A stretch of DNA of 64,000 bases from an uncultured bacterium. Lineage in GTDB: Bacteria; Edwardsbacteria; AC1; EtOH8. The notes beneath the pieces are model-generated. The model searched no databases and was not told where the DNA came from. It saw nothing but the letters and a program-made list of their open reading frames with translations. The DNA lies in NCBI GenBank assembly GCA_963780225.1, contig CAWAAX010000003.1:134971-198970 (forward strand), read 5' to 3'. Below, one piece after another: positions 17,339-25,800 of this stretch. How positions within the stretch are numbered: the stretch's first letter is position 1; every line of letters begins with the position of its first letter. Position numbers and translations under genes: made by a program.

Positions 17339-18460
17339 ATGGCACATGCATATACTCCGGGACTTAAAGTAACCGAAAAAGCGGTGATCAAAAAGGACCG
17401 CCGGCTTCCCCTCAAGGGCCAGGTGCTGGTCAAGGTTGGCGACAAGGTTACGGCCGACCAGGTGGTGGCCAAGACCGAACTGCCGGGCAACGTCCAGACC
17501 CTGAACGTGGCCGGGCTCTTAGGCATCCTGCCCGAGGACGTCAGCTCCCACATGATCAAGAAGCCGGGCGACTCCGTCCAAAAGGACGAGGCCGTGGCCA
17601 TCAGCAAGGGCTTCTTCGGGCTGTTCAAGTCCACCTGCAATTCGCCGGTGACCGGGACCATCGAATCCATCTCGCCCATCACCGGACAGGTGATACTGCG
17701 CGAGCCGCCCCTGCCGGTCCAGGTGAGGGCCTATGTGGACGGCCAGGTGGTGCAGGTCAACCCGGGCGAGGGGGTGGTGGTGGAGACCTTCGGCACCTTC
17801 GTTCAGGGCATCTTCGGCATCGGGGGCGAGGTCCACGGCCTGGTCAAAATGGCGGTGGATGATCCTTCCAAGGAACTGACTCCCGATCTGCTGACCCCGG
17901 ACTGCAAGGGCAAGGTGGTGGTGGGCGGATCGCTGATCAGGATCGCCGGAATGAAGAAAGCGGCCGAGGTGGGGGCCAGCGCGGTGGTGGTGGGCGGCAT
18001 CAACGACGCCGACCTGAAGGCCCTGCTGGGTTACGACATCGGCGTGGCCATCACCGGCACCGAGGAAAAGGGCTTTACCCTGATGGTCACAGAGGGCTTC
18101 GGCCAGATGAACATGGCCAAGAAGACCTTTAATCTTTTAAAGTCCAAGGAGGGCTTAAAAGCCTCGGTCAACGGCGCCACCCAGATCCGGGCCGGGGTGA
18201 TGAGGCCCGAGGTCATCATTCCGCTGACCGGCGGCGGCCAGGCCGACGAGGCCCAGAAACAGCAGGGCGGGATGGACATCGGCATGGCCATCCGCTGCAT
18301 CCGCCAGCCCTACTTCGGCCTGATCGGAAAAGTTTCGGGCCTGCCGTCCGAACTGCAGAAGCTGGAATCGGAAAGCCACGCCCGGGTGCTGGAAGTCACC
18401 TTTGATGACGGAAGCAAGGTAGTGGTTCCCCGGGCCAACGTGGAGCTGATAGAGGACTAA
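17339..18460 (+). CDS. Conserved hypothetical partner of the GlmL-like protein, with barrel-sandwich-hybrid-like motifs
   Basis: MAHAYTPGL start; VLVKVGDKVTADQVVA and KKPGDSVQKDEAVA motifs; QGIFGIGGE, TEGFG, GATQIRAGVMRPE; the longer ORF start lies inside the REPs. Confidence 0.8.
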   Translation: MAHAYTPGLKVTEKAVIKKDRRLPLKGQVLVKVGDKVTADQVVAKTELPGNVQTLNVAGLLGILPEDVSSHMIKKPGDSVQKDEAVAISKGFFGLFKSTCNSPVTGTIESISPITGQVILREPPLPVQVRAYVDGQVVQVNPGEGVVVETFGTFVQGIFGIGGEVHGLVKMAVDDPSKELTPDLLTPDCKGKVVVGGSLIRIAGMKKAAEVGASAVVVGGINDADLKALLGYDIGVAITGTEEKGFTLMVTEGFGQMNMAKKTFNLLKSKEGLKASVNGATQIRAGVMRPEVIIPLTGGGQADEAQKQQGGMDIGMAIRCIRQPYFGLIGKVSGLPSELQKLESESHARVLEVTFDDGSKVVVPRANVELIED

Positions 18461-18539
18461 GAACACTTACCGCCGTCTTTGGGTCCCTGACAAACATATC
18501 ATCATACAGCCATGAATCACATTCATTAAAGCTATTGCC

Positions 18540-18809
18540 GTGTTATCAAAACAGAAGAACATCATTCCTTTGATTTTGTCCGGCGGCCTTCTGGTACTGT
18601 GGTTTGTGGCTTCATTTTTTTCCGGACGTAATCCCTGGGGCTCAGATCTTTTAAAATATCGTTATTGGAGCGCAATTAAACTTCAACTTAAGCCGTATGG
18701 TTTGATCTGGGAATGCTTCAAAAAAGCCGTCAAATCCGGGATAGAAGACAGTCTCCTTTTAACGGAATATCAGCAAGCCTTAGCGGCTCTGCCGGAAAGC
18801 ATCAAATGA
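18540..18809 (+). CDS. Small hypothetical membrane protein
   Basis: One hydrophobic segment; stop overlaps the ATG of the next gene (ATGA); AT-richer than neighbours. Confidence 0.5.
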   Translation: MLSKQKNIIPLILSGGLLVLWFVASFFSGRNPWGSDLLKYRYWSAIKLQLKPYGLIWECFKKAVKSGIEDSLLLTEYQQALAALPESIK

Positions 18810-19561
18810 TCTGGCGTTTTTTAAATACCGGCCGGTCGGACGGCGCTTACAATATGGCTTTGGACCTGGCCCTTGCCGAATCGGTCCGGAATAAAACCTC
18901 GGGGCCAGTGCTCCGTTTTTACGACTGGGAGCAGCCTACCATATCCTTGGGATACAATCAGGACGCGGAACAGCTGGATCTGGAAGCCTGCCGCCAGGCT
19001 GGGGTCAAAGTGGTGCGGCGGCCCACCGGCGGCCGGGCGGTATTCCATTATAACGAATTTACCTACAGCGTCATCGCGCTACAAGATGATCCTCTTTTGG
19101 GTGGGCCGGTATTAAATACCTATCGCACCATCGCTCAGGCCCTGGTGATGGGATTAAAGCAACTGGGAATAGAATCCGAGCTGCAGCGCTCCCAAAGCGC
19201 CGGGGCCAGCGTCAAAGATTCGCCGCTGTGTTTTGCCGCGGCCGGCCGCTACGAGATAACGGCCTCGGGCAAAAAAATTCTGGGCAGCGCCCAGCGCCGG
19301 ATACAGGGAATGATCCTGCAGCAGGGATCATTGCTTTTGGCTCAGGATCAGAACCTGGCGCCGTTCTACCGCCAGGGGGTCGAAGCCAACGCCACCACGG
19401 CCGAAGAACTGCTGGGCAGGAAGGTCGGTTTTGAACAGGCGGCCGGTTGTATGCTGCAGGGATTTAAGCTGGCCTGGGAGGCGGAGTTTTCCCAGGATTA
19501 CGTAACTTCCTCCGAGCAAGAGGAAGCAGGAAAATATATAGCCCAGGTGAATATTTTATAA
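18806..19561 (+). CDS. Lipoate-protein ligase / octanoyltransferase (LplA/LipM family)
   Basis: WRFL..G...GAYNMALD, LRFYDW..PTISLGYNQ, VVRRPTGGRAVFH, KKILGSAQRR, LQQGSLL. Confidence 0.92.
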   Translation: MIWRFLNTGRSDGAYNMALDLALAESVRNKTSGPVLRFYDWEQPTISLGYNQDAEQLDLEACRQAGVKVVRRPTGGRAVFHYNEFTYSVIALQDDPLLGGPVLNTYRTIAQALVMGLKQLGIESELQRSQSAGASVKDSPLCFAAAGRYEITASGKKILGSAQRRIQGMILQQGSLLLAQDQNLAPFYRQGVEANATTAEELLGRKVGFEQAAGCMLQGFKLAWEAEFSQDYVTSSEQEEAGKYIAQVNIL

Positions 19562-19577
19562 AAACGTAATTTTTTTA

Positions 19578-19606
19578 TTGACAGATTTATTGTTTTGGCT
19601 TACACT
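19578..19606 (+). promoter_or_regulatory. Putative sigma70 promoter
   Basis: TTGACA-N17-TACACT upstream of 19681. Confidence 0.7.
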
Positions 19607-19680
19607 GATAGGTTAATAGGTTAAAAAAAGACACTTTTTTAGTTAAACTAAAACCATCTAATTTAAAAACGCAGAGCGTT

Positions 19681-20547
19681 ATGGGCTTGCAGGCCGACCT
19701 CTCCGATTTCACCCTTTCGGAGATAATTTATTTTTTATCCCACTTTAAAAAGACCGGGGTGTTGACGGTCAAGGCCGGCAGCAGCTTTGGCGAGGTCTAT
19801 TTTGACAGGGGCGACACCGTCCACGCCATCTTGGGCGACATCAAGGGTCCGGAGGCGGTGTTTAACCTGTGCCTGGAACCCTTGGGCGAGGCCAAGTACA
19901 CCGCCGGCCCCAAATCCCCCGAGATCACCATCAAGGACGGGGCCGGGAAGATCCTGGAAGAGGGAGAGCGGCGGCGCACCGAGATGGCCGATATCCTAAA
20001 ATCCCTGCCGCCGCTGGATACCGTGCTGGCCCGCACCGCCCAGGCTCCCGAGGAATCGGCCGTTACCATTCGCCGCAGCGACTGGACCATCATGGCCCTG
20101 GTCAACGGCAAGCGGAACATTAACCAGATAGTAACCGACAGCAAGCTGGGGATGTTCGAAGTGGTCAAGACGGTGTCCTGGCTGCTGGCCAAGAACCTGG
20201 TGATGGATCCCAAGGAAATGGAGCGCCTGTTCAAAGACAGGGTTAATTTCGTCAATCTGCTGCTGGACGAGTTCGGCGTCAAAGGCACCGGGGTTTTGCC
20301 ATACCAGGAGCTTTTAAAGGCCACCCTGACCGAACTGGACAAGGGCGGGCGGATGGCCCGGCATTTGGAATTAGAGGCCGACCATCTGAACATAGTGCCC
20401 GGGCAGCTGTCCGACGTTACCAAAGAAGAGATGATAGATATCTGGGAACGCCTGGCCGCCGCCATCCACAAAAAAGGATTAAAGGAATACGGGCCAATGC
20501 TGGGCAAACATAAGTACCAGACGGCCCAGGCCCGTTCGCTGAAATAA
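19681..20547 (+). CDS. DUF4388 domain protein with winged-helix-like middle region and helical C-terminal domain
   Basis: LQADLSDFTLSEIIYFL...KTGVLTV...GEVYFDRGDTVHA...GPEAV; DWTIMALVNGKRNINQI. Confidence 0.8.
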   Translation: MGLQADLSDFTLSEIIYFLSHFKKTGVLTVKAGSSFGEVYFDRGDTVHAILGDIKGPEAVFNLCLEPLGEAKYTAGPKSPEITIKDGAGKILEEGERRRTEMADILKSLPPLDTVLARTAQAPEESAVTIRRSDWTIMALVNGKRNINQIVTDSKLGMFEVVKTVSWLLAKNLVMDPKEMERLFKDRVNFVNLLLDEFGVKGTGVLPYQELLKATLTELDKGGRMARHLELEADHLNIVPGQLSDVTKEEMIDIWERLAAAIHKKGLKEYGPMLGKHKYQTAQARSLK

Positions 20548-20624
20548 ACGAAGGTCAGAGAATACTGTACTACGTTACCTACTCTGCTACTTTTTCTCGC
20601 AGCTTAATTAATGCAGGAGCCAAT

Positions 20625-21323
20625 ATGGCCCAAGCCCCGGTCGAATTATTAGTGGAAAGTGTTTTAAAGATGGAGGCGGTCCGGCACTCCGTGGCGGTGT
20701 CCAAGGAGGACGGAACGATGGTCAAGGCATCCGAGGGAGCGCCTGGAAATCTGGGCGAAGTGGTGGCCTTTTTGGGTTCGGCGGCCGAGGTCATTTCCTC
20801 CAATCTGGAACTGGGGGATCTCAGCTCGGTGCTGGCCGAGGGCCAAAATCACAAAATGCTGATCCTGCCCCACCAGACGGTTTATCTGGGAGTGGATCTC
20901 GATCCGGCCCAGTCTCCCTGGTGGATATTGCAGCCCAGCCCCCTGGATCTGCTTTTGGAAAGCAAGACCACCAAAATATCGGAGGCCGAGGAACTGCTTA
21001 AGCAAAAGCTGATTTTGGTTAACTTGTTGCTGGAGGAATTCGGGGCCCAGGGCGAAAAGGCCCAAGAATGGCAGGAGATGCTGGCTTACGAACTAAAGAA
21101 CGTTGATCCTTTGGGGCGCTTGGCCAAAATGGTGACCGCCGGCCCGGGCCGGATATCCCATAACGAAGGGGTAAAAACCGACATCTCAAAAAAAGAAGTG
21201 AGCGATGCTTTTGAAAAACTGGTAAATTCAACCTGTAAAAAAGCCATCGCCTGTTTAGGGTTTGCCGCTGTCAAACAAAAATTCCAGATCGTGATCTCAC
21301 GGCTGGCTTCGGGAAATAGGTAA
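20625..21323 (+). CDS. Roadblock/LC7 (MglB-like) domain protein with helical C-terminal domain
   Basis: VRHSVAVSKEDGTMV...LGEVVAFLGSAAEVISSNLELGDLSSVLAEG..HKMLILP...YLGV pattern. Confidence 0.65.
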   Translation: MAQAPVELLVESVLKMEAVRHSVAVSKEDGTMVKASEGAPGNLGEVVAFLGSAAEVISSNLELGDLSSVLAEGQNHKMLILPHQTVYLGVDLDPAQSPWWILQPSPLDLLLESKTTKISEAEELLKQKLILVNLLLEEFGAQGEKAQEWQEMLAYELKNVDPLGRLAKMVTAGPGRISHNEGVKTDISKKEVSDAFEKLVNSTCKKAIACLGFAAVKQKFQIVISRLASGNR

Positions 21324-21327
21324 GGCC

Positions 21328-22056
21328 GTGAAGATAGAAGAAATCCTCATTCAGCTTTCCAGCCTGCAGGGCGTAACCGGCAGTTTTTTTGTGGGGGACG
21401 ACAGCAGCTTTGTTTCCCAGACCCTCTCCAAAAGTTTCGTCAAGGAAAACGCCCAGCGGGCGGTGATGGTGCTGGCCCAGACCTTTGACGCCTTGAACCA
21501 GGTGGCGCAGTTTAAAATAAACAAGATGATGGTCAACTCCCGGGGCATCCGGCTTTTCATCCGCCGCACCGATAAGGGGTACCTGAACCTTTTGACCGAT
21601 ACCACCGCCGACGTTATGGTGATTGATGCCGCTTTGGATGGAGCCTTGGTCGAGATCAAAAATCTGGCATCGTCTCCGGCAGGTCTACCGGCTTCGCTCC
21701 AGCCTGCTCCCGCCAGACCCTCCCCGTCCCCGGCAGCCACACCCCAGACCGGACTTCGACCGGCTCAATCCAGCGGCCCGGGGCCGGCAACGGCGGCTCC
21801 GCCCAAGCCGGCGCCTGCCGCTACGCTGGAGCCTGCGGTGTTGGACAAGATCCTGGCGGTGGCCGAAGAATTTCTGGGCGAGCTGGGCCCGGACATCTTC
21901 CAGAACCAGATGACCGACCACAAAATCTCCAGGGAAAAACTGCTGCGCGATCCGGCGATGAAATTCTGCTACGGCCTGCAGAAAGACGCCTCCATGATCA
22001 TCGGGCCTTCGGCCGCCAAACAGATGGCCGATAAAATGCTGACACTTTTAAAATAA
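21328..22056 (+). CDS. Roadblock/LC7 domain protein with Pro/Ala linker and helical C-terminal domain
   Basis: ILIQLSSLQGVTGSFFVGDD...YLNLLTD..AD; proline-rich linker; GTG start. Confidence 0.7.
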   Translation: MKIEEILIQLSSLQGVTGSFFVGDDSSFVSQTLSKSFVKENAQRAVMVLAQTFDALNQVAQFKINKMMVNSRGIRLFIRRTDKGYLNLLTDTTADVMVIDAALDGALVEIKNLASSPAGLPASLQPAPARPSPSPAATPQTGLRPAQSSGPGPATAAPPKPAPAATLEPAVLDKILAVAEEFLGELGPDIFQNQMTDHKISREKLLRDPAMKFCYGLQKDASMIIGPSAAKQMADKMLTLLK

Positions 22057-22059
22057 AAT

Positions 22060-22104
22060 CAGAAGGCAGAAGGCAGAAGGCAGAAGGCAGAAAAGAGAGC
22101 AGAA
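22060..22104 (+). repeat. Heptamer tandem repeat (CAGAAGG)x4 plus degenerate copies, upstream arm of the four-helix-bundle gene
   Basis: cagaagg cagaagg cagaagg cagaagg cagaaaa; inverted counterpart ttttgccttctgctttt at ~22476-22492. Confidence 0.9.
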
Positions 22105-22105
22105 T

Positions 22106-22468
22106 ATGATGGACTTAAGAATAAGGACCAAGAATTTTGCGCTACAAATAATCCAGTTGTATTGTAAACTACCCGCCACAAATCTGGCCCAAATTCTGGG
22201 AAAGCAAGTGCTGAGATCCGGGACATCGGTTGGCGCCAATTACCGGGAAGCCACCCGGGCCCGGTCAACCCTGGAGTTCTGCTCCAAAGCCAATATCTCA
22301 CTTCAGGAACTGGATGAGACAGGCTACTGGCTGGAACTGATTTCTGAAAGCGGAGCCTTTAATTTTCCGGAGATGGATGCCGTCATCAAGGAAACGAATG
22401 AGCTGACCGCCATTTTTGTTACCATGATCAAAAACGCAAAGGCAAAACGGAACAGACCAAACATTTGA
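22106..22468 (+). CDS. Four helix bundle protein (23S rRNA IVP / TIGR02436-like family)
   Basis: DLRIRTKNFALQII, LGKQVLRSGTSVGANYREA.RARS..EF..K..I...ELDETGYWLELI, ETNELTAIF. Confidence 0.93.
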   Translation: MMDLRIRTKNFALQIIQLYCKLPATNLAQILGKQVLRSGTSVGANYREATRARSTLEFCSKANISLQELDETGYWLELISESGAFNFPEMDAVIKETNELTAIFVTMIKNAKAKRNRPNI

Positions 22469-22519
22469 CCGGTTATTTTGCCTTCTGCTTTTATAGTTTT
22501 GATTTGTAAGGAGGGTTAG

Positions 22520-22894
22520 ATGTTCAAGCAACTGCTGTATCCCGGAGAGTATCTGTGGTATATGACGGTTACCAACCTGGTCGCCATTCTGGGAAGCATT
22601 CTGCTGTGGGTGGCCTGCGTACTGTTCGGGCTGATCGCCCGGAAATACGAGATAGTGCTGCGCAAGAAGACCGACTGGCAGTACATGATCTTTGCTCCCT
22701 CCGGAGTGCTGGTTTACGCGGTGATCCAGATCATAGCCTTCGCCAGCCAGGTCAAGCTTAACGTCCTCCAGTCATGGATAGCCTACTCCTTTTTTCTGCT
22801 ATCCGGGGTATTATCCTTTCTGGGGGCCATGAAGTTCAAGAAGGTGGTCTCTCCGGTCAAGAAGCCGGCCCCGGCTGCCGTCGCGGCCAAGTAG
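22520..22894 (+). CDS. Small three-TM membrane protein
   Basis: Three hydrophobic segments; strong RBS aaggagg. Confidence 0.8.
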   Translation: MFKQLLYPGEYLWYMTVTNLVAILGSILLWVACVLFGLIARKYEIVLRKKTDWQYMIFAPSGVLVYAVIQIIAFASQVKLNVLQSWIAYSFFLLSGVLSFLGAMKFKKVVSPVKKPAPAAVAAK

Positions 22895-22920
22895 TCATTG
22901 CCAAGGCCATTGGCTTTTTT

Positions 22921-23103
22921 ATTAGGAAACCCCGCCTTGCGCCACCGCTGTAGCTAAGGCGCACGAGGCAGTAAGTGTAATAGCGTAAGCGGTCGCTACA
23001 GCTACGGCGGGCAGGCATGAAGCCACTTGTAGTGAGTGTGTCGAACCATGAATACTACACTGTGGGAACCCTGATTGATTCCTGTTTTCCTGCATTCCTT
23101 ATA
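22921..23103. repeat. Mosaic of short palindromic and repeat elements
   Basis: gctgtagc/gctacagc and cccgcc/ggcggg inverted pairs; gtagtgagtgtgtcgaac; ttcctgttttcctgcattcctt 9-mer arm. Confidence 0.55.
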
Positions 23104-23171
23104 GATCCCGATTAGCCTGGGATAGTTTTTTAAATCACACTCCTTTTTAAATCACAATCAAGGAGCTCCCC

Positions 23172-23510
23172 ATGGAAGTCTCTATTCCTGCCGAACTGCT
23201 TTTTGCCGTGGCCGTGGCGCTGTTCGGCCTTTCGTTTTTATATTATTCCCAGATCTTAAAACGGCTGCTGGCCATCATCCGCCGCCCCTCGGCCATCTGG
23301 GTACTGCCGCTGTTGGGAGCCATCTTTTTGGGACTGGGCGCCCTGTTCCATTTTTTGCCGATGGCCATCTACCCCAGGCTGGATCCCTCCCGCACCGATC
23401 AGCTGATGCAGATATGCCAAAGCCGCAGCCTGGAGGCGGCGGGGATGTTTTTGGCCGGGTTGATCTCCATCATTGCCGGGCTGGTGTACACCCGATGGAC
23501 CAGCCGGTAA
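23172..23510 (+). CDS. Small three-TM membrane protein
   Basis: Three hydrophobic segments; RBS aaggag. Confidence 0.8.
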   Translation: MEVSIPAELLFAVAVALFGLSFLYYSQILKRLLAIIRRPSAIWVLPLLGAIFLGLGALFHFLPMAIYPRLDPSRTDQLMQICQSRSLEAAGMFLAGLISIIAGLVYTRWTSR

Positions 23511-23513
23511 AAA

Positions 23514-23686
23514 GCCGGGGTGTAAGCGTGAGGGCTTCGACCGAGCTCAGCCGAGGGCCTCAGCCGAACGATCCCCGCAGATTTGAAGTTATCTCCGGAG
23601 CCTCTCTTCGCATTCGGGGAGAGTTTGTGAGCCTGCATTGCGCAAGGTCGAAGTGAGGGGTCGTTCCCCGGACGTTTCGTTCCGGC
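23514..23686. repeat. Structured intergenic element with nested inverted repeats
   Basis: cttcgacc (23536) pairs with ggtcgaag (23646); ccgggg/ccccgg; ctcagccga occurs twice. Confidence 0.5.
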
Positions 23687-23717
23687 AAAAATATTTTAAA
23701 ATATTTTACCCAAGCTA

Positions 23718-23746
23718 TTGACAAAATTGTTAAAAAATGATATCTT
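23718..23746 (+). promoter_or_regulatory. Putative sigma70 promoter, preceded by a perfect 20-bp AT palindrome (23688-23707)
   Basis: TTGACA-N17-TATCTT with TG; aaaatattttaaaatatttt just upstream. Confidence 0.7.
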
Positions 23747-23901
23747 TTAAAATTGCAGAAAGTTATATTTAAAAAATAAAAATTAAGAAAGGAGGTGGCG
23801 GCAAAGAATCCTGTTTAAGCAAAGCGAGAACCAAGAAAAAACCGGCGGAATATAAGCCAGCCGGTGAACAACCAATTAAAACTTAAAAAGGAGTCCAACC
23901 C

Positions 23902-25695
23902 ATGAAAAAAGGTTTGATTTTGTGTCTGGCTCTGGTGATGGCTTTGGCCATGGCGGCCCAGGCTTATGTGCGAGCCGTGCCCAACAACAAATTAGCAACT
24001 GACGGTCCGGTTACCGCCCCGGCGGCCAAGACTTCTCCGGCCAGCAAAGACGCAGCCGATTTGGTAATAGCTGACGACGTTCACGTCAATTCGTGCTACA
24101 TCGCCTCTGTTCGTTGCATAGATTTTGATCCGTATTTCGGCACGGACGGAGCGGCCTTTATGGCTTACCGTACTAAGGATGGATTAAGCCTTAACTACCT
24201 TGGTAGCATTGACGGTGGCGCTACGTATACCTTAACCCCGGGGTTAAACACCTTTACCACGATCCGCTATCCTGCGGTCATGGCCGACCTGGCTAACCAA
24301 GTGCCCTGGATTGTTTACAACACCGGCATATTTGTAGATCCCACCAAGGGCGCTTATTATGCCTACGATATGGGCGGGTACAACTCCGGAATGTGGAGTA
24401 CCGAAGCCCGGGTGGATTCTCTGGGCGCCGGTAGCGCGACCAATGGAATGTACTGCGGACAAGCCTACAAAGGAACCAACGGGGTGGTAAATTGGTTGCA
24501 CAATTACTGGGGCGTAAATACCCCGGACGCTGCCATGTATTACCGTTCCACCGATTTTACCGTTGATGAAGGCGGCACCTGGGACACTGTAAGTCCCCGC
24601 TCGGGCAACCTGGTGATGTACGATTTAGACGGCACCTCGGACAGCAACAATATCTTTGGCATCGGCAACCCGGTGGTCCACGATTCACTAACCGCTGGAT
24701 ATATTGAGCAGTTAGGCATTTTCGGCTCGGTTACCGGCGAGACCCTGATGGTCGGTTCCTGCGGTATCATAGATACATTGGATTATGAGACCGACAGAGG
24801 CGCCATGCGTTTTTGGTACCGGATGTCATACGACGGCGGTTTGAACTGGACCCCGCTCACCTGGGCTCCCTACGCCGGCTGGCTCAACTGGACTTCGGGA
24901 AGCTACAATCTAGGATTGGCCCTTGACAAGGACGGTTATCCGCACTTTGCCTCGTTCTTAATGATGGACACCACTACCACCGTTGATCTGGCCGGACCCA
25001 ACAGCGGCGTATACGACTATCACTTAACCGCAGGCGGCTGGGTGCTGACCAAGATCCATGGCGGCGACACCGTTCATACCTCCCCCACCAAGTATGTTTA
25101 TCAACAGCCGGGGTTTTGCAACTATGGCCGCGATATTTACGGCAATCTGTTGGTTACCTATGCCACTGATGTTGAAGGCTCCACCAAAAAGATGAACATC
25201 TGGATCGCCAAAACCGTTAACAATGGCGCCACCTACGGTAAAAAGCAGGTTACCATTGACGGAGCCGGCTACGATTATCCTCACCTTCCGATGAACATCG
25301 GCGGAACTGGCTCCAAGATTCCGGTGTTTTATGAAGTGGTAAGTGACGGCTTCATCAGTTGGGTTAACTACAATGACATACCTACTGGCGTAGAGGGCGG
25401 AAGCCCGGTTCAGGTTACCCACAATTTTGCTTTGAACCAAAGCGCCCCCAACCCGGCCCGGAGCATCACCAGCATTTCGTTCAGCCTTCCCAAAGCCGGC
25501 AACTACAGCTTAAAGGTCTACAACATCGCCGGGCAGGTGATCCGCACTCTGGACAGCAAGGGCATTGCCGGACAGAATACTGTTACCTGGAACGGCTTGG
25601 ACAACAGCGGCCGCATGGTAGCCAATGGCGTGTATCTGTATAACCTGAACGCCTTCGGCAACAGCGCCACCAAAAAATTAGTGGTGGTCCGCTAG
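23902..25695 (+). CDS. Secreted beta-rich protein (BNR/Asp-box-like motifs) with C-terminal FlgD-Ig/T9SS-type domain
   Basis: Signal peptide; SIDGGATY, SYDGGLNW, TVNNGATY; LNQSAPNP...VYNIAGQVIRTL...WNGLD..G..VANGVYLY...KKLVVVR. Confidence 0.85.
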   Translation: MKKGLILCLALVMALAMAAQAYVRAVPNNKLATDGPVTAPAAKTSPASKDAADLVIADDVHVNSCYIASVRCIDFDPYFGTDGAAFMAYRTKDGLSLNYLGSIDGGATYTLTPGLNTFTTIRYPAVMADLANQVPWIVYNTGIFVDPTKGAYYAYDMGGYNSGMWSTEARVDSLGAGSATNGMYCGQAYKGTNGVVNWLHNYWGVNTPDAAMYYRSTDFTVDEGGTWDTVSPRSGNLVMYDLDGTSDSNNIFGIGNPVVHDSLTAGYIEQLGIFGSVTGETLMVGSCGIIDTLDYETDRGAMRFWYRMSYDGGLNWTPLTWAPYAGWLNWTSGSYNLGLALDKDGYPHFASFLMMDTTTTVDLAGPNSGVYDYHLTAGGWVLTKIHGGDTVHTSPTKYVYQQPGFCNYGRDIYGNLLVTYATDVEGSTKKMNIWIAKTVNNGATYGKKQVTIDGAGYDYPHLPMNIGGTGSKIPVFYEVVSDGFISWVNYNDIPTGVEGGSPVQVTHNFALNQSAPNPARSITSISFSLPKAGNYSLKVYNIAGQVIRTLDSKGIAGQNTVTWNGLDNSGRMVANGVYLYNLNAFGNSATKKLVVVR

Positions 25696-25709
25696 TTTTT
25701 CTTCAAATC

Positions 25710-25800
25710 ACAACTTTGGGAAAAGTTGTAAACTTACCTTCCTCTCCGGCCTTTGGCCGGGGAGGAAGGGGTTTAAGTAAGTTTCTAAACTTTGGCAAAA
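25710..25800. terminator. GC-rich hairpin nested in a larger imperfect palindrome; probable terminator
   Basis: ccttcctctccggcc-ttt-ggccggggaggaagg flanked by aaacttac/gtaagttt. Confidence 0.55.

Noticed and set aside
22106..22468. Diversity-generating retroelement (Avd-like protein)
   Set aside because: No reverse transcriptase and no template/variable repeat pair with adenine-specific mismatches seen in the window.
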